Notes under the pieces: model-generated
Told to the model about the DNA's origin: nothing
What the model saw: only the letters and a program-made list of their open reading frames with translations
Databases searched by the model: none
Made by a program: the position numbers and the translations under genes
Assembly: GCA_018712245.1 (NCBI GenBank)
Contig: DVHE01000056.1
Coordinates: forward strand, 16,980-80,979
DNA from: Candidatus Avoscillospira avicola
GTDB lineage: Bacteria; Bacillota; Clostridia; Oscillospirales; Oscillospiraceae
DNA length: 64,000 nucleotides
Reading direction: 5' to 3'
Shown: positions 40,849 through 50,642 of the stretch, in pieces
Layout of the letters: the number at the start of each line of letters is the position of its first letter
Position numbering within the stretch: the stretch's first letter is position 1

Positions 40849-42798
40849 TTACTCTTCCACGGACTCCTGGGCGTCGTCCTCGGTCAGGAGGGCGCGGATG
40901 GACAGGCTGATGCGCTTGTTCTCAGCGTCGATGTCAATGATCTTGGCATCCACTTCCTGACCCTCGGAAAGCACGTCCTCGGGCTTGCCGATGCGGCGAT
41001 CCGCGATCTGGGAAATGTGGATCAGGCCGTCCACGCCGGGGATGATCTCAGCAAAGGCGCCGAAGGTCATCAGCTTGACGATCTTGACCTTGGCCACGTC
41101 GCCCACATGGAACTGGTTCATAAAGATGTTCCAGGGGTTGGTCTCGGGGGTCTTGTAGCCCAGGGAGATCTTCTTCTTCTCGGGATCGTAGGAGATGACA
41201 AAGACCTCGATCTCGTCGCCGACCTTGACCACTTCGGCGGGGTTCTTGATCCGGTTCCAGGACAGCTCGGACACGTGAACCATGCCGTCCACGCCGCCGA
41301 TGTCCACAAAGGCACCGTAAGAGGTGAGGCTCTTGACCACGCCGGTGTACTTTTTGCCAACTTCGATCTCGGCCCAGATCTTCTCCTGCGCAGCCTTACG
41401 CAGCTCGCTGGTGACGGCACGGATGGAGCCGACCACTCTGCGGCGGGCGCGGTTGACCTCAGTAATCTTCATCTGCACAGTGGTCTTCACCAGAGCGGAC
41501 AGGTCGCCGCCCTTGGGCACGCCAGTCTGGGAGGCGGGGATGAACACACGGACACCCTTGACATTGGCCACGATGCCGCCCTTGTTCTCTTCGGTGATGA
41601 GGCCTTCAACAACAGCCTTGCTCTCAGCGGCAGCCTCAATTTCTTCCCAAGCCTTGCCGGCTTCCAGGCGCTTCTTGGAAAGGCGTGCGGTACCCTCGGA
41701 ATCGTTGACGTGGACTACCAGCACCTCAATCTCGTCGCCAACTTTGAGAACATCTTCCGGCTTCACGGAAGGATCGGAGCTGAAATCATCAACAGGGATA
41801 TAACCTGCGTGCTTTGTACCCAGGTCCACCTGAATTTCGGTGGCGCCAATGGCAGTTACAATGCCTGTGACCTTATCTCCGTTATTTAAAGTCTTGATAG
41901 ACTGCTCGAGAAGCTCGGCAAAGTCTTCCTCCTGGGCAGTTTCAACTTTGATTTCTTCGCTCATTATGTTGTTGACCTCCTTTATTATCCACGCCGGGGT
42001 GGATGCCCCCGCCGTGATACCAACAGAACCAAGACAAGAAAAATGCGATACGTCCAGTCCGCTGGCATCCTCCACCAGCGTCACATCCTCGCAGTGTTGC
42101 CTACAGATCATGGCAAGCCGCTTGGTATTGGAGCTGAAGGAATCGCCGACGACGACCATCGCATCGCAGCATCTGGATAGCTCACTCGCTTCTTTCTGCC
42201 GTTTTTCTGTTGCTTCGCATATTGTATCAAATATTTCGGAATTTGTACACTGTTTTTTTATAATTTTCTTGCAGGATTCCCATAAATTCTGCGTGCTTGT
42301 GGTTTGCGAGACCATGGTGACGGGCGTATCGCGGTTTTGCGGCGCCTGATCGAGCCAATTTTCCAGTTCCTCCGGGGTTTCAAACACCAGGGGCCTCCTG
42401 CACCAGCCGGCAATGGCCTCCACCTCCGGGTGGGTCCTGGTGCCGATGATGATGGGGTGCCGTCCTTTTTCCTCCGCCTGAATGACCAGCTTATGAATGC
42501 GCTTGACAAAGGGACAGGTGGCGTCTACGATCTCCACGCCCTGATCCTGCAGCCGCGCATAGACGGCGCGGGAAACGCCGTGGGAGCGAATCACGACGCA
42601 CTCCCCTGGCTTGGCCTCCTCGGGTTCCTTCAGCTCCCGGACACCGCGCTGCATGAAATGGTCCATGACATGGCGGTTGTGGATGATAGGGCCCAGCGTG
42701 GCCACCTGCTTGCCCTGGTCGACTGCCTCCTCCACCAAGGAGACGGCGCGATCTACGCCGAAGCAGAAACCGGCGGACTTTGCCAATGTGATCTTCAT
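40849..42798 (-). CDS. ispH: bifunctional IspH (HMBPP reductase) / ribosomal protein S1 fusion
   Basis: N-terminus MKITLAKSAGFCFGVDRAV...GPIIHN (LytB/IspH) followed by four S1-type repeats (e.g. GDKVTGIVTAI, GLITEENKGGI, YTGVVKSLTSYGAFVDI, GDVAKVKIVKLMTFGAFAEI). Confidence 0.9.
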   Translation of the reverse strand: MKITLAKSAGFCFGVDRAVSLVEEAVDQGKQVATLGPIIHNRHVMDHFMQRGVRELKEPEEAKPGECVVIRSHGVSRAVYARLQDQGVEIVDATCPFVKRIHKLVIQAEEKGRHPIIIGTRTHPEVEAIAGWCRRPLVFETPEELENWLDQAPQNRDTPVTMVSQTTSTQNLWESCKKIIKKQCTNSEIFDTICEATEKRQKEASELSRCCDAMVVVGDSFSSNTKRLAMICRQHCEDVTLVEDASGLDVSHFSCLGSVGITAGASTPAWIIKEVNNIMSEEIKVETAQEEDFAELLEQSIKTLNNGDKVTGIVTAIGATEIQVDLGTKHAGYIPVDDFSSDPSVKPEDVLKVGDEIEVLVVHVNDSEGTARLSKKRLEAGKAWEEIEAAAESKAVVEGLITEENKGGIVANVKGVRVFIPASQTGVPKGGDLSALVKTTVQMKITEVNRARRRVVGSIRAVTSELRKAAQEKIWAEIEVGKKYTGVVKSLTSYGAFVDIGGVDGMVHVSELSWNRIKNPAEVVKVGDEIEVFVISYDPEKKKISLGYKTPETNPWNIFMNQFHVGDVAKVKIVKLMTFGAFAEIIPGVDGLIHISQIADRRIGKPEDVLSEGQEVDAKIIDIDAENKRISLSIRALLTEDDAQESVEE

Positions 42799-43397
42799 GT
42801 GTTCTCCCCCAGACGATAAATGGTACCCATTAAGTCATCTGTGGCCTGCTCCAGCTCTTCCTCCGAGGGGCGCTTGTTGGCAAAGGTGGGGCGGTAGGGT
42901 TCGCCGATCACACAGGTCAGCTTGCTGAAGGGGCGGCGCTTCACCGTGAGGTAAACCGGCAAAATGGGCGTATCGGTTTTCTGGGCCAGCAGCACCGCGC
43001 CGCGCTTGGCTTTCACCTGGCGGCCCGGCTTGACGCGGGTTCCCTCCGGGAACAGCAGCAGCTGCTGCTCATCCCGCAGGCAGCGGATGCCGGTCTTGAT
43101 GCCGCTGATATCCATGCCGTCCCGGTCGATGCCAAAGACGCCGATGCTGCGCAAAAACCAACCGAGGATCGGCACATCAAAGGCTTCCTTTTTGGCCATC
43201 ACGCGGGGCATATGGCCCATCCGCAGCGCCATGATGATCCAGATGGGGTCGGCGAGGCCGCTGTGGTTGGCGCAGATCAAAAGACGGCCGTCCTTGGGGA
43301 TATGTTCCCTGCCCACGACGCGGAACACAGGGTGGTAGAAAAACAGTCCAATGCGGCAGGCGACAAAGAGGAAACAGTAAATTGCCCCGTGGATCAT
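42795..43397 (-). CDS. plsC: 1-acyl-sn-glycerol-3-phosphate acyltransferase
   Basis: HxxxxD motif in ICANHSGLADP, and FPEGTR block. Confidence 0.85.
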   Translation of the reverse strand: MIHGAIYCFLFVACRIGLFFYHPVFRVVGREHIPKDGRLLICANHSGLADPIWIIMALRMGHMPRVMAKKEAFDVPILGWFLRSIGVFGIDRDGMDISGIKTGIRCLRDEQQLLLFPEGTRVKPGRQVKAKRGAVLLAQKTDTPILPVYLTVKRRPFSKLTCVIGEPYRPTFANKRPSEEELEQATDDLMGTIYRLGENT

Positions 43398-44074
43398 ATG
43401 GCCAGCCTCTTTTCTACAATCGCCAGAATGGCGGCGGCGCTCTCTTCCGGGGACAGCGAGGATGTATCCAGCACGACGGCGTCCGGCGCTTGCTTCAAGG
43501 GAGCGACGGCGCGGGTGGTGTCCCGCAGGTCCCGCTGGCGGATGTCCTCCAGCACGTGTTCCAGCGTGGCCTTTTTGTTGCCCTTTTCCCGCAGCTCCAG
43601 CAGCCTCCGCTGCGCCCGGACCTCCGGGGACGCAGTGAGGAATATCTTGACATCCGCCTTGGGCAGCACTACGGTGCCAATATCCCGCCCGTCCATGACC
43701 ACATTCCGCGTGGCCGCCAGGTCCCGCTGCAAATCCAGCAGCACGTCCCGCACCACCTTCAGCGCGGAAATCTGGGAGGCATAGCTGCCCATCTCCTCGG
43801 TCCGCAGGTCCTCTGTCACGTCCTGTCCGTTGAGGATCATGTGCTGTGCACCCGCGCTGTCGTACTCGATCTGAATGGCGGCGTCGTCAATCAGTCGCGT
43901 GATCCCATCCACGTCCTTGGGGCTGATGCCGCAAATCTGCAAAAACAGGCCGATGGTTCGATAGATGGCGCCGGTATCTACATAGGAGTACCCCAGGCGG
44001 CTGGCCACCAATTTGGCCATAGTGCTTTTACCGGCCCCGGCGGGGCCGTCGATGGCGACGGAAATGTACTTCAT
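43394..44074 (-). CDS. cmk: cytidylate kinase
   Basis: MKYISVAIDGPAGAGKSTMAKLVASRLGYSYVDTGAIYR. Confidence 0.95.
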   Translation of the reverse strand: MKYISVAIDGPAGAGKSTMAKLVASRLGYSYVDTGAIYRTIGLFLQICGISPKDVDGITRLIDDAAIQIEYDSAGAQHMILNGQDVTEDLRTEEMGSYASQISALKVVRDVLLDLQRDLAATRNVVMDGRDIGTVVLPKADVKIFLTASPEVRAQRRLLELREKGNKKATLEHVLEDIRQRDLRDTTRAVAPLKQAPDAVVLDTSSLSPEESAAAILAIVEKRLAI

Positions 44075-45333
44075 GCCAATGCCTCCTCTTCCCTGGCAGC
44101 GGCAGCCAATCCGGCAGCACGGCCCGTTGCCCAGGCGATTTGTAAATTAAAGCCGCCGGTATAGGCGTCCACATCCAGCAGTTCTCCGGCGATGTAAAGA
44201 CCTTTGACCTGCTTTGATTCCATGGTCTTGGGGTTGACCTCCCGCACCGAGACGCCGCCGGCCGTGATGATTGCCTCTTCCACCGGGCGCGTACCGCGGA
44301 TTTTCACCGGAAAGGCCTTGGTCATCTCCAGAAGCCGCCGCCGCTGGGCGCGGGTGACGGAGTTGGCCTTGGTCTCCGGGGAAATTTCGGCCAGCTCCAG
44401 CATCACCGGGATCAAAAGACGGGGGTAGAGATCCTGGAGGGCGTGGTCCATATTGCGGTTTTGGTATTGTTCCAGGTCCCGCAGGATCCGCTGATCCAGC
44501 TTCTGCTCGTCCAGCGCGGGCTTTAAGTCAATGAGGACTTCCCGAATCTCTCCTGGCTTGCCGTGGGCGCTGGCGCTGAGAATCACCGGCCCGGAAAGGC
44601 CGAAATGGGTAAAGAGCAGCTCGCCGAAATCGGTATATATGGTCTTCCCTGCCGCGTTTTTCACGCGGATGGCACAGTTGCGCAGGGAAAGTCCCTGCAG
44701 CTTCGGACAGGTCTCTCCGTCCTCCTCCAGCGGCACCAGAGAGCCCCGGGGCGGCTGGATGGTGTGCCCCAGCGCCTGGGCCAGGCGATAGCCATCTCCG
44801 GTGGAGCCGGTACGGGGATAGGAACAGCCGCCAGTGGCGAGAATGACGCGATTGGCAGTCAAAAATCCTTGCTCCGTGCGGACGCCGCAGACGGCGCCGT
44901 TTTCCACGACGATCTCAGTCGCCCGTGCCCGGCGCACCAACACGCGATGTTCCTCCAGAAAACGGGTCAGCGCCTGGATGACGCTGCTGGAGCGGTCCGA
45001 CACCGGGAAGACCCGGTTCCCGCGCTCCACCTTCAGCGGACAGCCGTGGGCCTCAAAAAAGGCCATGGCGGCCTCAGGCGGAAAGGCATCCAGCGCGCTA
45101 TACAAAAACCGGCCGTTGCGGGGGATATTTTTCAAGACCTCGTCCACGCCGCACTGGTTGGTGACGTTGCACCGGCCCTTGCCGGTGATGGCCAGTTTCA
45201 TGCCCAGCCGCTGGTTGGGCTCCAGCAGCTCCACGTGGCCGCCGGCCTCCGCTGCCCAGCCCGCCGCCATCATGCCGGCGGCACCGCCGCCGATGACGAC
45301 GATTTTATGGTTCAACGCGCTCATAGACTTCAT
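44071..45333 (-). CDS. NAD(P)/FAD-dependent oxidoreductase (HI0933/BaiN-like)
   Basis: Starts MKSMSALNHKIVVIGGGAAGMMAA (ATG 45331..45333 after AGGAG). GKGRCNVTN, and C-terminal GLYIAGELLDVDAYTGGFNLQ. Confidence 0.8.
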   Translation of the reverse strand: MKSMSALNHKIVVIGGGAAGMMAAGWAAEAGGHVELLEPNQRLGMKLAITGKGRCNVTNQCGVDEVLKNIPRNGRFLYSALDAFPPEAAMAFFEAHGCPLKVERGNRVFPVSDRSSSVIQALTRFLEEHRVLVRRARATEIVVENGAVCGVRTEQGFLTANRVILATGGCSYPRTGSTGDGYRLAQALGHTIQPPRGSLVPLEEDGETCPKLQGLSLRNCAIRVKNAAGKTIYTDFGELLFTHFGLSGPVILSASAHGKPGEIREVLIDLKPALDEQKLDQRILRDLEQYQNRNMDHALQDLYPRLLIPVMLELAEISPETKANSVTRAQRRRLLEMTKAFPVKIRGTRPVEEAIITAGGVSVREVNPKTMESKQVKGLYIAGELLDVDAYTGGFNLQIAWATGRAAGLAAAAREEEALA

Positions 45334-46168
45334 ACTCCTGCCAGATTCCCTCGAGATTTTCGAAGATCCTCGAGAGTTCTCCCTTCTTCTTCTGCCCAAT
45401 GGCCACGATCAGGGCGTTGACCAGGCTCATGGGCGCCACAAGAGAATCCACCACCGAGACCATGTCGCTCTTCGCGAGAAGCGTGTGGTCGGCCCGTTTG
45501 GCCGCCGGTGCCTCCAGGGAGTCGGTGATGGCCACCACCTCCGCGCCGGAGTCCCGGGCAAACTCCATCAGCTGCACGGTTCGGCTGGAGTAGCGCGGCA
45601 GGCTGATTCCGATGACCACATCTCCCTGGGAGACGTGGAGCATCTGCTCGATCATCTCACTGGTGGCCGACGAGCTGACCAGGTGGACATTGTCGAAGAT
45701 ATTGCGGAAGTAAAAGCTCATAAACGTGGCAATGACCGCCGAGGAGCGGACGCCGACGATATAGATGTTCTTGGCCCGCAGGATAGCCTCCACTGCCTGA
45801 TCCAGCACCCGGCGGTCCAGCGCCTCGCTGGTCATGCGGATGCTCTCCCAGTCCGCCTGTAAAACCATGGAGACCACGTCCTGGTCGCCCAGGCGGTCGT
45901 TGGTCACTTCGATCCGCTGCACCGAGGTGAGCTTGTTGCGCACCATCTCTTGCAGCGCCTTCTGCATACTGGGATATCCGTCAAACCCCAGCTCCACCGC
46001 AAAACGGACCACCGTGGATTCCGACACGCTGACCATCTTCCCCAGGCGGCTGGCCGTCATAAAGGCGGCTTTGTCGTAGGAGGATTCGATATACTGCGCG
46101 ATGCGCCGCTGTCCCTTGGAGAAGGACCCCATCTGATTATGTATGGTAGATAAAATATCGGTGGCCAT
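45305..46168 (-). CDS. MurR/RpiR-family transcriptional regulator
   Basis: HTH part QRRIAQYIESSYDKAAFMTASRLGKMVSVSESTVVRFA plus a SIS domain. ATG at 46168. Confidence 0.85.
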   Translation of the reverse strand: MATDILSTIHNQMGSFSKGQRRIAQYIESSYDKAAFMTASRLGKMVSVSESTVVRFAVELGFDGYPSMQKALQEMVRNKLTSVQRIEVTNDRLGDQDVVSMVLQADWESIRMTSEALDRRVLDQAVEAILRAKNIYIVGVRSSAVIATFMSFYFRNIFDNVHLVSSSATSEMIEQMLHVSQGDVVIGISLPRYSSRTVQLMEFARDSGAEVVAITDSLEAPAAKRADHTLLAKSDMVSVVDSLVAPMSLVNALIVAIGQKKKGELSRIFENLEGIWQEYEVYERVEP

Positions 46169-46209
46169 GCTGCCGCTCCTTTGGTGATTATAGATGCGAT
46201 CTACTAAAA

Positions 46210-46983
46210 CTATAGCTTTTTCGATGAGATTTTGCAAGAGGATTTCACGGCTTGACTGTTGGAAAAAGGCTGCCGCAGTTCTCGCTCCAATGCGTTCAGC
46301 TCAGTGGGAGTCAGAAGCCGCCATTTCCCCGGCGGCAGCTCCCCCAGCAGCAGCGGCCCCTCCTGGACGCGAATGAGCCGTGTCACCGTGAGGCCCGCCG
46401 CCTCACACAGGCGGCGGATCTGCCGGTTGCGCCCGTCGTGGAGCAGAAACTCCAGGCCGGTCTTCTCTCCCCGCTGCCAGATCTCCCGCACCTGGGCCGG
46501 CGAGGTCCAGCGCCCATCAATCTCAATGGGCGTCTGGAGCTGCCGCTTCGCGTCGGCGCGGTAGCCCGTCACCGTGACGCGGTATCGCTTGGTCACGCCG
46601 CCGCTGGGGTGCATCAGGCGATGGGCCAATGCGCCGTCGTTTGTCATCAGCAGCAGTCCTTCGGAGTCCATGTCCAGCCGCCCCACCGGGTACACCCGGC
46701 AGCCGCAGTCCGCCACCAGCTCCGAGACGTTTCGGCGCCCCTTTTCATCCGAAAGCGTTGTGACATAGCCCCGGGGCTTGTGGAGCATCAGATATATGTG
46801 CTCCGGCGGCGCTGCAAGGGGCTTTCCATCCAGCAGAATTTCATCCCGCTCTAAGTCCGCAGAGGCACCCAGGGCGGCCACCTGGCCGTTGACCCGGACA
46901 CGACCTGCCGCGATCATCGCCTCCGCCTGCCGGCGGGAAGCAATGCCGCAGCGGGACAATAGCTTCTGCAGCCGTTCCTCCAT
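46210..46983 (-). CDS. rluB: pseudouridine synthase, RsuA/RluB family
   Basis: S4 domain MEERLQKLLSRCGIASRRQAEAMI, and catalytic GRLDMDSEGLLL. Confidence 0.85.
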   Translation of the reverse strand: MEERLQKLLSRCGIASRRQAEAMIAAGRVRVNGQVAALGASADLERDEILLDGKPLAAPPEHIYLMLHKPRGYVTTLSDEKGRRNVSELVADCGCRVYPVGRLDMDSEGLLLMTNDGALAHRLMHPSGGVTKRYRVTVTGYRADAKRQLQTPIEIDGRWTSPAQVREIWQRGEKTGLEFLLHDGRNRQIRRLCEAAGLTVTRLIRVQEGPLLLGELPPGKWRLLTPTELNALERELRQPFSNSQAVKSSCKISSKKL

Positions 46984-46985
46984 GG

Positions 46986-48047
46986 CTATTCCTCCTCCAG
47001 AACAGTATGGCACCAGTAGAGCGGTACCGACAGCGTCTGAGCGCCGTCCACATAAATTCGCAGTACCCCCGCTGGGTCTCCTTCGCGCACCGGTGCGTAG
47101 ACAAACCGCGGCACATCCACGGTAGCCGTCCAGCGCTCCTCTGACGCCACAGGGAAGATCACGTCTTCCGCCGCTGCCACCATGGCATAGGGCTCCGTCC
47201 CGCTTAGGACCGGCACCCGGCCCAGCACTGCTCCGGCAGAGGCAATGCGCTCCGTCGTAAAGGTCGAAAATCCGTAGTCCAGCAGTGCCGCGTGATCGGC
47301 CCAATCGTTGGGATCGTCGATGGTCACGGCCACTAGCTCCCGACCCTGCTGTTGGGCACAGGAGACCAAAATGCGCCCAGCGGCGCGGGTATAGCCTGTT
47401 TTGACGCCGAGGGCGCCGGGATACTGCCAAAGGAGCTTGTTGTGGTTGGTGAACTGCCGCCCCTCCAGTGCGATGGCTTTGGTGGACACGACTTCGCGGA
47501 ACACTGGATCTTCCATGGCCGCTGCAGCCAGGTGCGCCAGGTCCGCTGCGGTGGAATAGTGTTCCGAATCATCTAATCCATGGGGATTGACGAAGTGCGT
47601 GTCACATAGTCCCAGCTGCTGCGCCTTTTGGTTCATCAGCACAGCGAAATTCGCCACGCTGCCGGCGCAGTAGACGGCCAAGGCCGTGGCGGCATCGTTG
47701 CCGGAGTGGAGCATCATCCCATAGAGCAGGGTCTTGACCTGAAAGACGTCCCCGGCCTGCAGGTCCATGCTGGAGCCCTCCACGTTCACCGCCTCCGGCG
47801 GAATCTCCACCGGCGCGTCCAGACTGCAAAGCTCACACACCAAAAGGCCGGTCATAATTTTGGTGGTGCTGGCGATCAGTGCGCGCTGGTCGCTGTTTTG
47901 CGCCCAGAGGACACGCCCTGTGTTTCGGTCCAGCAAGATGGCGCTTTGCGCCGATACGGCAGGCGCCGCCGCGGACGCGCTGCCGACGAAAAGGATGGCG
48001 GCGATCCAGAGGGCCGCCGCGCAACGAATTACATATTTCATATCCAT
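46986..48047 (-). CDS. D-alanyl-D-alanine carboxypeptidase (S11 family, DacB-like)
   Basis: Signal peptide, SxxK in ASTTKIMT, SGN in HSGNDAA, KTG in VKTGYT. Confidence 0.85.
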   Translation of the reverse strand: MDMKYVIRCAAALWIAAILFVGSASAAAPAVSAQSAILLDRNTGRVLWAQNSDQRALIASTTKIMTGLLVCELCSLDAPVEIPPEAVNVEGSSMDLQAGDVFQVKTLLYGMMLHSGNDAATALAVYCAGSVANFAVLMNQKAQQLGLCDTHFVNPHGLDDSEHYSTAADLAHLAAAAMEDPVFREVVSTKAIALEGRQFTNHNKLLWQYPGALGVKTGYTRAAGRILVSCAQQQGRELVAVTIDDPNDWADHAALLDYGFSTFTTERIASAGAVLGRVPVLSGTEPYAMVAAAEDVIFPVASEERWTATVDVPRFVYAPVREGDPAGVLRIYVDGAQTLSVPLYWCHTVLEEE

Positions 48048-48224
48048 TCCCCCCGACTAGTATGCCCAGCCGGAGGGAATGCTACTGATTTTTGCGATGC
48101 AAGCATCGCAAAATCAAGAAATCCGCCATTTCCTCGCCCCATCCGGGGCAACCGGAAATGATGCGCAAAACTTTGTGCGCAGCTGCCGTTGCCTATTTTC
48201 TCGGTGTATTCTGCGCATGAAGTT

Positions 48225-48623
48225 TTATACGTCTGCACCGTCGTCCGTTTTCTTTTTCAAGAGCGAAGAAACCTGGTCGATGAGGTCCGGGAGCATTTCC
48301 ACAACGCGCTCCATGGCGTTGGAGGCCGGCTCCGCGATGGGCAAGAGCCGCACCGACTCCCCCTTGATAATCAAAAACGCCACAGGGGTGATGGTGACGC
48401 CGGCGCCGCTGCCGCCGCCGAAGTTGTTCTCCTTGGCGTTGCGATCCGGCTTGGGGGCAAAGTCCGCGCCGCCGCCGGCGAAGCCCAGCTTGATCCGAGA
48501 CACCGGCACAATGGTCACGCCGTCCGGCGTGGTGATGGGATCGCCGAGCGTGGTATTGGCGTCCACCATGGAGCGGATTTTCTCCATGGTTTCCCCCAGC
48601 AAATTGGGTAGTGATTGACTCAT
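48225..48623 (-). CDS. ytfJ: GerW/YtfJ-family sporulation protein
   Basis: GDPITTPDGVTIVPVSRIKLGFAGGGADF...GGGSGAGVTITPVAFLIIK is typical of YtfJ. Confidence 0.85.
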   Translation of the reverse strand: MSQSLPNLLGETMEKIRSMVDANTTLGDPITTPDGVTIVPVSRIKLGFAGGGADFAPKPDRNAKENNFGGGSGAGVTITPVAFLIIKGESVRLLPIAEPASNAMERVVEMLPDLIDQVSSLLKKKTDDGADV

Positions 48624-48625
48624 AG

Positions 48626-49222
48626 TTACCGCACCGCCTTTTTTTGTTTCGTGGTTTTTGATTTTGCCTGAGACATCAATTTGGCTATCGCCAACAGAAG
48701 CTGGAGCAATTCCAGCACCCGCAGCGTAAAAACAACGGTTCCTTCGATGGTAGTTTTGGGCTGCTGGTAGTCACAGCGGACCGACACAGCCTCCTTTTGC
48801 ACGCGGAAGGCCTGGCGCAGCAGCGGTAGTCCTGCGCCGACTGCGGCGCAGGCATGGCCATAGCTGAGCGCGCAGTCTGCCGCGTCCTGCCCGCCGGCCG
48901 TGATCTCCAATTGAAAAAGCGCAATGGCGGGACGGTGCAGCACCGCTGTAATTTCCCGCAGGATGTCCCGCCAGTGGTGGAGCAAAAAACGCTTCCAGTC
49001 GGTTTTTCCAGCTGCCTTCTGATCAGGTCTTGCAGACTTTTGCTGCTGCTCCGCACGCGCCTGGTTCGGTTCTTTCGTTCCGGGCAGGTGCAGCGGAATC
49101 GGCCCCAGATACGCGCTAGCCGAAAACGCTTCCTCCCGATAAGAAATCTCAATTCGCACCTTGGCCGCTGCTGTCAGGGACAAGAGCGCGGCGATTCCCA
49201 GGAGTACCAGCAGGGCGGTCAC
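48626..49222 (-). CDS. DUF2953/YtfI-like sporulation-associated protein
   Basis: N-terminal anchor MTALLVLLGIAALLSL. Immediately upstream of ytfJ, as in other spore formers. Confidence 0.6.
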   Translation of the reverse strand: MTALLVLLGIAALLSLTAAAKVRIEISYREEAFSASAYLGPIPLHLPGTKEPNQARAEQQQKSARPDQKAAGKTDWKRFLLHHWRDILREITAVLHRPAIALFQLEITAGGQDAADCALSYGHACAAVGAGLPLLRQAFRVQKEAVSVRCDYQQPKTTIEGTVVFTLRVLELLQLLLAIAKLMSQAKSKTTKQKKAVR

Positions 49223-49836
49223 GACTGGGCCTCCCCCGCCGGCGGGTCTTCCGGTGCATGCTCCGGCGCTGTGCCGTCCGATGACGGCGCGGCGTCCTCC
49301 GGCGGCACCGGACGGGCCTGAAAGTTCATTTTTTCGATCTCCGGCAGCTCGCTGAGGGAGCTGAGCCCAAAGGTGCGCAAAAAGTCAGGCGTGGTCCGGT
49401 AGAGGATGGGGCGGCCCGGCACGTTAAGGCGGCCGCACTCTTCAATGAGCTTTTTAGTCAGCAGCGCGCTGATAGAATAGCCGCTGTCCACACCGCGAAG
49501 CTGTTCCACATAGGCCTTGGTGGCCGGCTGGTAGTAGGCGATGATGGTCAGCGCCTCCAACTGGGAATTGGAGAGCTTGGGCGGCTTGCGGGTCTCCAGC
49601 GCCTTGGTGACATAGGGAGCCATCTCGCCGGAGGAGACCATCTGATAGGCGTTCTCCAGATGCAAAATGCGGATGCCGCTGCGGTGGTAGGCCAGATCAT
49701 CCATCAGAGTCTGGAGTTCGGCGTGGATTTCTGCTTCCGGCTTTTCCAGGGAGGCGGCCAGCCGCTGGGCGTCCACCGGTTCCCCGGCAGCGAAGAGAAT
49801 CGCCATCAGCGCCCGCTGGGTATCATTCTGCTCCAT
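49219..49836 (-). CDS. scpB: segregation and condensation protein B
   Basis: MEQNDTQRALMAILFAAGEPV...LEALTIIAYYQPATKAYVEQLRGVDS. Confidence 0.9.
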   Translation of the reverse strand: MEQNDTQRALMAILFAAGEPVDAQRLAASLEKPEAEIHAELQTLMDDLAYHRSGIRILHLENAYQMVSSGEMAPYVTKALETRKPPKLSNSQLEALTIIAYYQPATKAYVEQLRGVDSGYSISALLTKKLIEECGRLNVPGRPILYRTTPDFLRTFGLSSLSELPEIEKMNFQARPVPPEDAAPSSDGTAPEHAPEDPPAGEAQS

Positions 49837-50641
49837 GCACGTCCTCTCCTTCCTGGTTGCCTTCCGGCAGCTTGATAAATCGCACGGAAACTTCCTCCTC
49901 CGGCGCACTGCTCTCCAGCGTGACGGAACGCAGGCGGCAAAGCTCCAAGATGGCTAAAAAGGTGGCCACGATCTCTGAGCGGGAACGGTTGCCGCGGAAG
50001 AGCTTTCGGAAGGTGGAAACGCCGTGGGCCAGCAGCCGACGCAGGACCTCCGCCGCCTTTTTGGTGACGGGATACGGCTCCCGCCCGACAATGCCGCTGA
50101 AGCTGGCCGAGGGCGGCGGCAGCGCCCGCTGGCTTCGGTCGGCCAGAATGACCATGGTGCGCACCAGGTCCTCCGGGTCGTGGCGGTAGCGGTAGGTGTT
50201 GTCCCGCCGCAGCGGCTCCGGCTCCTTGGTGAAAAGGCCGCAGCCGATCTCGTTGCGCTGGGAGAGAAACGCCACCGACGTGCGAATCTGGTTCATGGCA
50301 TCCTGCCGCTGCCGCTCCTCCAGGGAGCGGATCAGCAGCTCCATTTCGCTGATGGCTTCCTGCTGCTCCGCGGCGGAGAGCAGCATCTTCGTCTTGATGA
50401 GCATCAAGTGCGAGGCCATGGCGATAAACTCGCTGGCGATCTCCATATCCAGCCGCTTCATCTCGTCGAGATAAGCCAGATATTGCTCCAGAATGGAACT
50501 GATGCTGATATCCTGTATTTCGATTTTGTTCTTGCTCAGCAGCAGGAGGATGACGTCCAGCGGGCCGTCAAAATCCTCCATATGCTCAGCTTTGGCCCGG
50601 ACCACATGGTCCAGGTGGTATTGCGGTTCTTCCATACGCAC
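49823..50641 (-). CDS. scpA: segregation and condensation protein A
   Basis: FDGPLDVILLLLSKNKIEIQDISISSILEQY, and C-terminal VATFLAILEL. Confidence 0.9.
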   Translation of the reverse strand: MRMEEPQYHLDHVVRAKAEHMEDFDGPLDVILLLLSKNKIEIQDISISSILEQYLAYLDEMKRLDMEIASEFIAMASHLMLIKTKMLLSAAEQQEAISEMELLIRSLEERQRQDAMNQIRTSVAFLSQRNEIGCGLFTKEPEPLRRDNTYRYRHDPEDLVRTMVILADRSQRALPPPSASFSGIVGREPYPVTKKAAEVLRRLLAHGVSTFRKLFRGNRSRSEIVATFLAILELCRLRSVTLESSAPEEEVSVRFIKLPEGNQEGEDVHGAE

Positions 50642-50642
50642 C

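Noticed and set aside
48058-48064. CATACTA (forespore/mother-cell sigma -10-like) upstream of the dacB-like gene.
   Set aside because: It ends only 10 nt from the ATG, so the transcription start would fall inside the RBS. There is no convincing -35 at the right spacing.
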